The notes beneath the pieces are model-generated. The model was given only the letters and a program-made list of their open reading frames with translations. It had not been told where the DNA came from and searched no databases. Positions 8,807 to 18,506 of a stretch of DNA of 64,000 bases are shown here, piece by piece; within the stretch, counting starts at the first letter, position 1, and each line of letters starts with the position of its first letter. Made by a program: the position numbers and the translations under genes. The stretch comes from an uncultured archaeon (GTDB lineage Archaea > Asgardarchaeota > Lokiarchaeia > Sigyniarchaeales > SOKP01): contig CAZBPC010000004.1 in assembly GCA_964493715.1 (NCBI GenBank), positions 32,001-96,000 on the forward strand, in the 5' to 3' direction.

Positions 8807-11800
8807 TTAAACGTTAAATTCCGTGAACAATAAAATTGCGAGTAATATAAACCATATTATCACGACAATTATTAAAGTAGTTGTAAGGTAGAATCGCCAT
8901 TTGATTGATATCTTCTGCTTCTTCTCAGTTCTATAGATATATACCTCAACAATAGCTCCTAATGCTAATAATGAGGATAAAATAATTATCAATCCTAATA
9001 AAGGTTCCATATAAGGTAATATGAAAACGAATATAAAAGCAGTCATGCTAATCCAAACCGTTCCAAACCTAGTCATTCTTGTTCTGAAGATTGTATCAAT
9101 ATCATCGGTTCTTCTTGTAGGTAATAAGCCAAGCAGAATTCCGAATATAGCAGCACCAAGTAGAGATGAATGGAAAACATTTAAGGCTGTTGGTAATACA
9201 ATCGGATATACAGAGAAAACATAACCAATGAGTATACCCGCGCCTGCACAGAGTATAAATTTGATTGCTACATAACTTCGTTTGAGAAAATTGTATATGC
9301 CGTGTAATATCTTATTAATGAATGTTCGAAGAGAAAGTATCGCTTTTCTAATGTAATTTACAAAATCATTAAAGAACGCTTTCAACTCTTCCATTAAAAA
9401 TACGAAAATGTATATCAGAATTCCGATTATGAAAATAGAAATTCCCAAGGTCGTTAAATCTATGAGAAATAAAGTGGAAAATACCTCAAGAAAAACAGTA
9501 AGAGTATAGAAAAATGAAATAACTCTTCTTCTCTTATAGGGATTATAAATAATACCGAATTCTAAAGTAGCTACCAATAAAGTGCACCATATATTAAAGA
9601 ACACCATTCCAGGATTAATAATATTAAGTAGTAAAAAGGTATCAATTGGGATGCCGAATCCTAATATTAATAAAGAGATAGATTTAAGCCTCTTTGAAGT
9701 TTTTTCATTTAATGCTCCGACTGTCTTATCAAATCTCAGGAAAATAAATAGCACTACAAAAGCGAATATAATTAAATTCAAGTCTAATACTATGTCTGTA
9801 GTAATAAAATAGAGTGACCAAGAAGAGAAATTGAAATACAAAACAGCAATTAACGCCTTGTTAACAGCTTTTTTAGTCCCAGTGAGTTTTGTTAAATAGA
9901 ATAATTCTATTTCTATAATAAATATTAAAATTGGAATAATCTGAATAGTAGAAGCCAAGATCAAGTCAATGATATACATAAACGAAACGATATTTATTGA
10001 AGCTAGAGAGATCACTAATAAGAATTTTGATAAACGACCCAAAAATAGTAAAAGAACTCTGTCTATTAATACCAATATATGAATAAAAACGCTGATTATA
10101 ATAGAAATCTGGATGATTGGAAGTCCAAGGAAAATTAGATATGAAGCAAAACATAAGACTAATCCAAGATAAAATATATTACCGATTATTTTTTGTCTTT
10201 TAATAGCGCCAAGTTCAAAATCATTCGCTCTTTCAGGATTATTCCTTCGCCTCATGTTATAATAAGCATAATTAGAATAAAACTGTAATAAGATTATTGG
10301 GAGAAATAAGAATTCTATTACATGTAGTTCTGTTTGGGTAGCAAGAATATAAAATATACATGAACCAGATATCATTAATAGACTGAAAATATGCATAATA
10401 TACCCTATTATTTCCCTCAAACCTTTTATACCATAAATTTCAATGATAGAAATGATGAACAAAAGTATTTGAGATAAGAGGAGGCTTGTAAAACTATTTA
10501 AATACAAATTAAAGAATCCAAAAGCAAGGATAGATATCTCGACATAGACGCAGAATTGGATTGTTGTGAACATTTTTTGAATTTTCAGTTTACTTGTTTC
10601 ATTGACAGCATATTTCTTCTTCAAACGTAAGGGATATACCGCTAGAATTGTTTCAATTAGTGCGATAAAACTAAACCAGAATATGGAGATCGAATTTGGA
10701 GTTAATAGCAAGAATTGTAAATCTACCAAAGCTAACGTCCAAAAGACAATTAAACAGGATTGAAATAATATAAATATGCTAAGTTTTAACATGTACTTAC
10801 TTTTCGTTCTCATTTTCTGGTTGAAAATGCTATTCAGTATGAAGAAAAACAAACTAAATAACGTTAAAAATAAAAATATCGAAGTAAATTCTTGAAATGC
10901 ATAAAACTGGGTTAAAATTGAATTGATTTGAAGTGCACCATACACGCAAACAAGTAGATAAAGCGCATTTGAGAGAACAAGATAAGAATTTGATTTATAT
11001 AGTTCTAACTTTTCATCAGTATATCTATTCATTGATTTTAAGATTGAAAAGAATACATGTACAGAATAATTCTGGAGTAATAAAAATAGAAACAAGTATA
11101 ACCAGATTAATATAGAATTTGCACCTGAAATAGATTGCATTGCAAATAAGAATAATGTAATTGAAGCTCCTAAATAACTTATCAAGTTAATAAGACTTAT
11201 ATACCCTTTCTTTATCTTTCTTCTAAATACATAAAGATCTAGGAAAGTTAAAGCAAATAGTATTGATAATGATATTATAATAATTAGAAACATATCGATA
11301 ATTCCTAAATCAATTAATAAATTAGTGGAAAGAATAGTTGTGTCGAAATATAAAATGAGTCCGAAAACAGGCTTAATACTTTTAGAAATTGGCACAAGTT
11401 GACAAATAAGGGTATATAGCAATATTCCCAATAAAAGAATGGTTATAGGTGCAGAAATGGCAGTGATTAAAATAAATCCTTGAATTATTAGTAAGGTAAA
11501 TGCTATAGGTATCATGTACCATATTATATATTTGTAATTGTGCAGTTTAAAATTGAGAAAGATGAGGTTTATTAGAAGAAATAAACCACTAATTAGAAAC
11601 CAAGCTCCTCCAGGTAATATCAATAAGATTAATGAACTAATCGTTAATGAAACACCTAAACTAACTGCTAAATACGCAATGAGACCAGAAATTGGCATTA
11701 AACGTTCATATGGACCCCAAAGCATTTTATAACGATTAAAAATGAAAAATGTTAATCCTCCAACGATTAGAGCTAAAAATAATGCATTCCATCCAAAGCC

Positions 11801-14800
11801 TTCTATAAGGATAAAGGTATGATAAGTCAAAAACGAAAAAGATAATAAAAGTGTCCAGGAAATCAAGAAATTAAGTATAATCTTATTCATTTTAAATAAT
11901 CGAGAGGAAAAGAGAGATGCTGAGGTGATAATTAGTGTTAAATCAAGAGAAGTCCATGGATTTCCTCCTGTAATTAGGTACATCAAATCAAAAACTATAA
12001 GAGAAATTCCTGTTATTAAAACCAAATATGAAATTAAGAGAGAAAAATTACGTTTTGTTCTCATGTTAGGGAAATATGATAGGAAAAAACAAGAAATCCC
12101 AGTAACAGTAATATCAACAGGAATAATGGAATCATATAACCCAATTTCAATAAATACGAAATTGATAAAAGAAATTGAAACAAAGGTAAAAAGAATCCAG
12201 AAGACCATCAATATTTTCCATAATTTCAATTTATAGATAATTGGCATTAGTAAAAATATTGCAAATAATCCAAATGACGAATTAAGAAGAAATTCATTCC
12301 AGCTAAATATGTTTTGGCTGAACCAATATAATAGAGCTAAATTGATCGCCCAGGTACCAAATAAAATTGAAGTAAAGTTTTTCTTAATCCAAGTATACCA
12401 AAATGGAAATGAAATTAAAATACATACCACGAAAGCTAACAAGTAGGATCCTGGAATGTTAAATCCAAAAAGATTTAAAGCTCTAGTAGCTACATAATCA
12501 ACACCTGTAAAAGCTCGAGCAATTAATGCATAATTAACTATCGGGAAAAGTATCCATAACCAAAATCCCGTTTTCCATATCGCCCATGATATTTTCCATT
12601 GATATATACCAATTGAAAGATAATAGAGGAAGATACCCACATTAAGAGATATGATTAATGGGATCCACAGCTCTATAAGGGGATAAATGGAAATAATGAA
12701 AAAATAAATAAATAACGGGGCAGTAATTATGATGGCAGGTAACACGATGAAATAAGAAAGTTTTCTAAATCTCTGAGGTGATTCATTATATAATGAAACA
12801 AAAGTAAACCCTGTTAAGCTGAAAGTTGATGTGAAACTCAAAATTGATTGATATACAGCAAATGGAGGGTTATTAAACATAAACCCATAAAAAATAAAGC
12901 TTGTTAAATCAAACACCGCTAAAACAACACAGGGTCTAATGAATAGCTTGTATCTTGGATCATTTTTCGTATAATAAAAATTTCCCATCAATGCTAAGAA
13001 AATTAATAATGAAATACTGATGTTATATAATGGAGGTAAGAAACCAAACAAGCTTATATATGATAATGTTGAAATTAGGAAATATACAACATATTTTTCT
13101 ATATTATTTATCATCTTTAGATTTAGATTTATTGAAATTATTAGGATTACTATCAGTATTGAATCAGTAATGAGTAAAAATACGGGAGTTTGTATTGCCA
13201 CAAAAAATATAGAATAAGGTTGCATTAAAGATACAATAACTACAAGACCTGTAAACGTGAATAACAAATACGTCACCCATTTGATTATTAAATTTTTATT
13301 CCTTCGAATTAAAAGGATAATTACAGAGATTAACCATAAAACAATTCCTAAAGTAGAATTAGAATAGAAAAATGGAATTAAAGCTAAAAATGATTTTAAA
13401 TAAAGATTTAATAAGTTTGAACTATTTAAAAAAGTCCTAAGTTCTCCCAATCTCATTGAAACATAGTTTAAATAAAAGAACAAGTTACAAATTAGTAAAA
13501 CTATTAGGATTGTATTATTAATTTCAAAAAATGGTATCAAAATCATTAAATTCCAAAACAAGTGAACATATAGAAATAATAGAGCTCCATAAAATAATAC
13601 AATCATGATCGAATTAATGACTTTATTAGGTTTATTATGAATTATAATGATATTTCTGATCAAATTCATCGTTATAGGACTCAAAAATGAAAATACTAAA
13701 ATCGATGAACTTATCGCTATAAAGAACGAAAATATTGACAGGTATGCAAATAATAAAGAGCACGTGATGACTTTTACAATACTCCACGATGATAATAACA
13801 AGATAATCCTCGTTTTCTCAAATTCTATTTCCATGCTCTGGGTACTCAATGTTAATAGTAAAAATACTAGGGAAAAGAATCCTAATTGCAATACAATCGG
13901 TATGAAGGTGAATGAAGGAATTGGAATTAATCCAAGCAACGGATAAAATAGAGATGTTATTAAGCCAGAAGTTGCTAAAATAATAGCAAAAAAGCTAAAA
14001 TTTTTATAAAACTCATAGATCTTATATATCTTGTAAAAATCTAATTTTAAATCTGGATTTTCAAAGATTCTTTGCTTTATGTCATCGATAATAGTTAAAA
14101 CGTTCAAATTTAAGGTTAGAAAAGCGAGAAAAGTACAACTAAGAACGATATAGAAAAGTTGATTAATTTGAGAGGGATTAAAATAAAGAAAGATTTTGAA
14201 GGAAACTAATAAGGAAATAGAAATCCAAATAGTGAGTTGAATAATTTTCAGAAATAATTTACTAATATCTTTTAAAGTTATGTTATCAAGGATATATTCT
14301 AGGTATTTAAGGAAAATATAGATGAGAATGATGGTTGAAATAATTACATAAAAATTATCTATTTGTATTCCCAGTCTAATAAATTCATATCCTACAAATG
14401 TTGGTAATGAAATTATCAATAAGGAAAGAATGATTCCATTAATTACAAGTAATTTTTTGAATAGATCAACATATAATTTAGTTTTTAAAGCATATTTTAT
14501 AGCAATTAGGAATATTACACTAAATACTAAAAATGGGATGATCCATTGAAATGAAGTCCCTTTAGTTAAGTATTCAAATGATAAGTATGAAACTATCCCT
14601 GATGTAAAGATAAGTGAAACTAAATTTATCAATTTGCTGAAAGAAATCGAGAATATAATGCCCTGTTCCGATAATAACATAACTAGTAATCCAATGATGA
14701 TAAATGAGAGGTAGCATGAAACCCAGAAATCTAAAAATGTGAAGAGGATAAACACGGTTACCACAAATACGTAAATTTCAATGAATAGAATGGAATATAA

Positions 14801-17800
14801 AGTAATTGCTGTTTTTTTTGATACATGTATTGGTTTTATATATTTTTTCTTAAATCCGTGTTTAATCAAATAATATATGGCAATTGTAATGTATATAATA
14901 TCTGCAATCAATGCAAGAATGTAAAAATCAAATAAATAATAGTAGAATTCAGAGGATATTAGTAGAAATACTAATAGATTCAATAAATAAAGAGAGAAAT
15001 AAGAAATCTTTTTGAATTTTTCTTGATTAATGAAATTTTTCCTGGAGACATAATAAAATGGAATATAAGAGGTTAATAGAATGAGAATTAAAGAGAAATA
15101 AAAGGAAATAAAATCCAATTGGAAATAAGAGGGAATAATAAATAAGTTAGACATATTTCCAATTGTATAAAGCCAAATCAACACTTCTCCATAAAAAAGC
15201 GTGATACTCGTTAATTTAGTATTTATATTATCAACTGATTTTACAAAAAGAGTAGCAAAATTAGTTAAACCACTCAGTAATAGCATTGAAATCAATATCG
15301 AAAATGTAAGTTGGTTAAAAGGGGGAGGTAAAAATCTAAGAGAAAGGTCATTAAATATGATAAATAGAGCTATGCCTAATGGATAATAAATATTTTTTAA
15401 AAATCTTTGATAAAACCTATCTTGAAAGTATCCTAATTTCACTCCAACTTTAAAAATACCAATGTAACAACCTATTAAGAAGATAATACTAGAAGAAGTT
15501 CCAATTATGAGGTATTCGTTGTAAAATAGCAAGAGATAATTGATAATAAAGGAGAATAAGGTTACTACTATTACGTTCAAAGCAATAAAACAATAGTTAA
15601 CGAACACTTTTCGTTTTAAAATTTTTGCATAAGCTAAATAACCCAAAGGGATGATTGTTGTAATTGATGTTTCGATTATAAGTCCATACAGAAATAAAAT
15701 TCCCTGATAATTAAATATAAAGTACAACCATTCTAATACAAACCATCCATAACCTATAGTGAAGGAAGTTATAGCAGTTTTTACTTTTTTAATGAACGGA
15801 CTTTTGGAAGAACCTCCCAGGTTAATAATAAAGCAAACTACACATGTTGAAAAAAAGTAAGCTATTATCCTTTCTAATCCCATATTTAGAATAAAATATT
15901 GGGAAGACATGAAGAATGTTTCAGTAATTATTAAAAAACCATTAATATTGAATAAAGTAGTGTATGATTTCTCCGATATTTTTCCAATTTTTTTCCCTAA
16001 TGTCAATGCTAAATGGATTAAAATTGAGAGTAATAGAAAATCTAATAATACAGCTGGTACATCACCAAGTGAGTGAACGATTAGCGAAGCAAAAATACTG
16101 AAGATCAAAACCCAGATTGAATTGTAAATGTTATTTATACAGCTTTCACGAGTGAATAAATGAATTAAATAATTAAATGATGAGAATAAAATATAAACCA
16201 AGGGAATCATTAGTGAAGAAAGTGCTAAATTTTGATAAATGGTCACATAACTCAACTGATAAGACCTAACATTTACTAGATAATAAATAATCGAAATTAT
16301 AGATAAAAAGTTAACCACAAACCAAACCCTTAATGTTTTCCAAGAATTTTTATAAAAATGCCTTAAATATAGGAGATACAATGAAAATAAGATACCAATT
16401 AAACCGGGAAGTAAAATGTTGGAAATAAAGAGGATCCATGGATTTGTGGTAAATGAAATAAATTCTAGAGTTAGGTTAGGGTATAAAGTATAGATTATAA
16501 AATAGAAACTTATTACCGCTAAAATATTTTGGGCAATCAAAATGTTCTTTTCCTTATAATAATCCATTGAAACGAATATTTGCAACAAAAAATATGAGGA
16601 AATGAAAAAAATGATGAATTGGATATTATACGCTTCTAGAAGGCTTGAAAATATCTGTGGAATGAGTATAAAAGATATTGTTGCTAACAGTACAAAACTA
16701 TTTAATAAATGAACATGTCTACTTAGATTTCTGGTGATAAATCCTTTCTTTTCTTCTGCACTTGTAATAATATAGATAATTGGTAAGAATAATAGATTAA
16801 GAAAAGCTAAGTGATGAACAAATGAGAATGATAATATTAAGGAAATTAACAAGAGTGATAAAACGAAATTTTGCTTGAAATACTTATTTTCCTGAATTTC
16901 TTCAGTTCCTATCCTTTGAAGTTGATTCTGATAATAAGTTGTAACGTAAAGTATCAATTTAAAATTGATTATTACGAAAATCAATGAAAAAAATGTAGCA
17001 TTAATAATGTCGTAAGTACTAAATGAAGATATTCCCAAAAGTGTATATACTCCTATTATATCAAATGGTAACTGAATAATGAGGATTAAATCTAATGTCA
17101 GTATTGTTTTTACAAAATTTCGTTTATATAGTATTAAATCTCTCAGTATGTTTTCATTGTTGAGGATTCCGTCTTCTATTTTCTTTGAATATGATTTGGA
17201 TGATAACAGTGCTACTGAATAGAAGATTATATTTGTTATTAAAGCAAAAAACCAAGACAATTTGGTATTAAATGAAACTGATAAGAAAATAACTTGTATA
17301 ATGTAATTTATGAAAATAATAATATTATGAGGTTGCTTCAAAACATGCTCAGATTTACTAAAATTCTTAAATTCCCTTTCAGTCATGCTAAAGTAATCAA
17401 TAGGTTGGAAATAATAATAGAAATACACAATATTGTATAATACTGCAAACCCAATTAATGGAAGTAGTTCAAATTCGTTGGTACGATAATTCTCAGTAAA
17501 AAATAAAAATAGAGGGGTATCTACCAACGAAATTATGGTTATAATAAACGTGATATGAATTCGAGATCGAGGATTATTTATTTTATTAAGAAATATAGAA
17601 TTTTTTCTGTATTTATCAAATGGTCTATAAAAAAGCAAAACAGCGAATAGAAAAGCAATAATAGATAATCCAACCGAAATTATGATATCTTTTATAAGGA
17701 AATTGAAAATAAAGTAAGATATAATTGCAAACAATGCGGGAAATACAATTAAATATAATGAAAACCATAAAATTTTCCATAAAGACTCCGTGGCCTTTAC

Positions 17801-17839
17801 TATTCTCTCTTGCGAATTTTCTGATCCATTAGAATTCAT
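8807..17839 (-). CDS. Giant (3010 aa) polytopic membrane protein with internal TM repeats; function unknown
   Basis: 9-kb uninterrupted ORF in AT-rich DNA; nearly continuous hydrophobic helices separated by short Lys/Arg-rich loops; recurring units about 185-195 aa apart. Confidence 0.9.
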   Translation of the reverse strand: MNSNGSENSQERIVKATESLWKILWFSLYLIVFPALFAIISYFIFNFLIKDIIISVGLSIIAFLFAVLLFYRPFDKYRKNSIFLNKINNPRSRIHITFIITIISLVDTPLFLFFTENYRTNEFELLPLIGFAVLYNIVYFYYYFQPIDYFSMTEREFKNFSKSEHVLKQPHNIIIFINYIIQVIFLSVSFNTKLSWFFALITNIIFYSVALLSSKSYSKKIEDGILNNENILRDLILYKRNFVKTILTLDLILIIQLPFDIIGVYTLLGISSFSTYDIINATFFSLIFVIINFKLILYVTTYYQNQLQRIGTEEIQENKYFKQNFVLSLLLISLILSFSFVHHLAFLNLLFLPIIYIITSAEEKKGFITRNLSRHVHLLNSFVLLATISFILIPQIFSSLLEAYNIQFIIFFISSYFLLQIFVSMDYYKEKNILIAQNILAVISFYFIIYTLYPNLTLEFISFTTNPWILFISNILLPGLIGILFSLYLLYLRHFYKNSWKTLRVWFVVNFLSIISIIYYLVNVRSYQLSYVTIYQNLALSSLMIPLVYILFSSFNYLIHLFTRESCINNIYNSIWVLIFSIFASLIVHSLGDVPAVLLDFLLLSILIHLALTLGKKIGKISEKSYTTLFNINGFLIITETFFMSSQYFILNMGLERIIAYFFSTCVVCFIINLGGSSKSPFIKKVKTAITSFTIGYGWFVLEWLYFIFNYQGILFLYGLIIETSITTIIPLGYLAYAKILKRKVFVNYCFIALNVIVVTLFSFIINYLLLFYNEYLIIGTSSSIIFLIGCYIGIFKVGVKLGYFQDRFYQRFLKNIYYPLGIALFIIFNDLSLRFLPPPFNQLTFSILISMLLLSGLTNFATLFVKSVDNINTKLTSITLFYGEVLIWLYTIGNMSNLFIIPSYFQLDFISFYFSLILILLTSYIPFYYVSRKNFINQEKFKKISYFSLYLLNLLVFLLISSEFYYYLFDFYILALIADIIYITIAIYYLIKHGFKKKYIKPIHVSKKTAITLYSILFIEIYVFVVTVFILFTFLDFWVSCYLSFIIIGLLVMLLSEQGIIFSISFSKLINLVSLIFTSGIVSYLSFEYLTKGTSFQWIIPFLVFSVIFLIAIKYALKTKLYVDLFKKLLVINGIILSLLIISLPTFVGYEFIRLGIQIDNFYVIISTIILIYIFLKYLEYILDNITLKDISKLFLKIIQLTIWISISLLVSFKIFLYFNPSQINQLFYIVLSCTFLAFLTLNLNVLTIIDDIKQRIFENPDLKLDFYKIYKIYEFYKNFSFFAIILATSGLITSLFYPLLGLIPIPSFTFIPIVLQLGFFSLVFLLLTLSTQSMEIEFEKTRIILLLSSWSIVKVITCSLLFAYLSIFSFFIAISSSILVFSFLSPITMNLIRNIIIIHNKPNKVINSIMIVLFYGALLFLYVHLFWNLMILIPFFEINNTILIVLLICNLFFYLNYVSMRLGELRTFLNSSNLLNLYLKSFLALIPFFYSNSTLGIVLWLISVIILLIRRNKNLIIKWVTYLLFTFTGLVVIVSLMQPYSIFFVAIQTPVFLLITDSILIVILIISINLNLKMINNIEKYVVYFLISTLSYISLFGFLPPLYNISISLLIFLALMGNFYYTKNDPRYKLFIRPCVVLAVFDLTSFIFYGFMFNNPPFAVYQSILSFTSTFSLTGFTFVSLYNESPQRFRKLSYFIVLPAIIITAPLFIYFFIISIYPLIELWIPLIISLNVGIFLYYLSIGIYQWKISWAIWKTGFWLWILFPIVNYALIARAFTGVDYVATRALNLFGFNIPGSYLLAFVVCILISFPFWYTWIKKNFTSILFGTWAINLALLYWFSQNIFSWNEFLLNSSFGLFAIFLLMPIIYKLKLWKILMVFWILFTFVSISFINFVFIEIGLYDSIIPVDITVTGISCFFLSYFPNMRTKRNFSLLISYLVLITGISLIVFDLMYLITGGNPWTSLDLTLIITSASLFSSRLFKMNKIILNFLISWTLLLSFSFLTYHTFILIEGFGWNALFLALIVGGLTFFIFNRYKMLWGPYERLMPISGLIAYLAVSLGVSLTISSLILLILPGGAWFLISGLFLLINLIFLNFKLHNYKYIIWYMIPIAFTLLIIQGFILITAISAPITILLLGILLYTLICQLVPISKSIKPVFGLILYFDTTILSTNLLIDLGIIDMFLIIIISLSILFALTFLDLYVFRRKIKKGYISLINLISYLGASITLFLFAMQSISGANSILIWLYLFLFLLLQNYSVHVFFSILKSMNRYTDEKLELYKSNSYLVLSNALYLLVCVYGALQINSILTQFYAFQEFTSIFLFLTLFSLFFFILNSIFNQKMRTKSKYMLKLSIFILFQSCLIVFWTLALVDLQFLLLTPNSISIFWFSFIALIETILAVYPLRLKKKYAVNETSKLKIQKMFTTIQFCVYVEISILAFGFFNLYLNSFTSLLLSQILLFIISIIEIYGIKGLREIIGYIMHIFSLLMISGSCIFYILATQTELHVIEFLFLPIILLQFYSNYAYYNMRRRNNPERANDFELGAIKRQKIIGNIFYLGLVLCFASYLIFLGLPIIQISIIISVFIHILVLIDRVLLLFLGRLSKFLLVISLASINIVSFMYIIDLILASTIQIIPILIFIIEIELFYLTKLTGTKKAVNKALIAVLYFNFSSWSLYFITTDIVLDLNLIIFAFVVLFIFLRFDKTVGALNEKTSKRLKSISLLILGFGIPIDTFLLLNIINPGMVFFNIWCTLLVATLEFGIIYNPYKRRRVISFFYTLTVFLEVFSTLFLIDLTTLGISIFIIGILIYIFVFLMEELKAFFNDFVNYIRKAILSLRTFINKILHGIYNFLKRSYVAIKFILCAGAGILIGYVFSVYPIVLPTALNVFHSSLLGAAIFGILLGLLPTRRTDDIDTIFRTRMTRFGTVWISMTAFIFVFILPYMEPLLGLIIILSSLLALGAIVEVYIYRTEKKQKISIKWRFYLTTTLIIVVIIWFILLAILLFTEFNV

Positions 17840-17968
17840 TAGGAAACCCTCTTTTTTTATTCTTGTTTTATAAAATTAAACACATACAAAAATGTTATGC
17901 AACATATCATCCTAGAACTTTTTTATTTAAAAAGATAAGATCAAAGATTTCGGGTAAAAAGCAGAAGA

Positions 17969-18038
17969 TGCCCCTTAATTAAAATTTTTAGGGGCAAAAT
18001 TCCGATTAATGGGAATAAACTCCCATAAAATTTATAAA
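17969..18038. promoter_or_regulatory. Divergent promoter region: two GC-rich palindromes and a TATA box
   Basis: TGCCCCT-N14-AGGGGCA (17969-17996), ATGGGA-N6-TCCCAT (18009-18026), TTTATAAA (18031-18038) with an A-rich upstream element. Confidence 0.5.
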
Positions 18039-18060
18039 GTAATTCCCCCTTAATCTTTTT

Positions 18061-18208
18061 AGCATAATGTTTATTTCACATCATAATACTACCTGTACAC
18101 TCGCTGGCTATAATAGAGCCATTATTCCCGTAGTATTATGAAGAGAGAACGAATCCTTTTCTTTTACTCCTTTTTATAACCTTGTAGGATTTGTTCTCTT
18201 GACATTAT
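18061..18208 (+). ncRNA. Putative structured RNA or 5' leader (three-way junction)
   Basis: P1 18064-71/18201-08; P2 12-bp perfect helix 18081-92/18130-41 with a nested TGGCT/AGCCA hairpin; P3 14 bp 18144-57/18186-99; non-Watson-Crick pairs are G-U on the + strand; begins about 23 nt after the TATA box. Confidence 0.55.
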
Positions 18209-18276
18209 TACTTCCCACAGAATATAAAATAGGACTAAAGAACTGGATTAATTATCTGCGTGAGATTTAAAAAAGA

Positions 18277-18480
18277 GTGGAGGTGAAAAAAACGCAAAAG
18301 GAATATGCAGAAGGATTTGATCCAAAAGTTATATTAGATTATTATAAAGATTGGAGTTCTGAAAATAGCCCAGTAATGATGGTCTTGGATAATTATTATG
18401 AATATCCTGGAGCTATAGAGTCAGAAGATCAGATTAAAATAGCTTATTTAAGGAAAAAATACAAAAAAACGTCAAAATAA
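18277..18480 (+). CDS. Small hypothetical protein (62-67 aa), start codon uncertain
   Basis: Perfect GGAGGTGA SD at 18279-18286 followed 5 nt later by an in-frame ACG; the GTG codons overlap the SD. Confidence 0.55.
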   Translation: MEVKKTQKEYAEGFDPKVILDYYKDWSSENSPVMMVLDNYYEYPGAIESEDQIKIAYLRKKYKKTSK

Positions 18481-18506
18481 TACAATCCTTTTTAATCTCT
18501 TATTTT

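Noticed and set aside
9021-15386. Many + strand ORFs of 60-103 aa inside the giant gene
   Set aside because: Antisense shadows of a hydrophobic-codon-rich gene; Ile/Lys/Asn-rich with no motifs.
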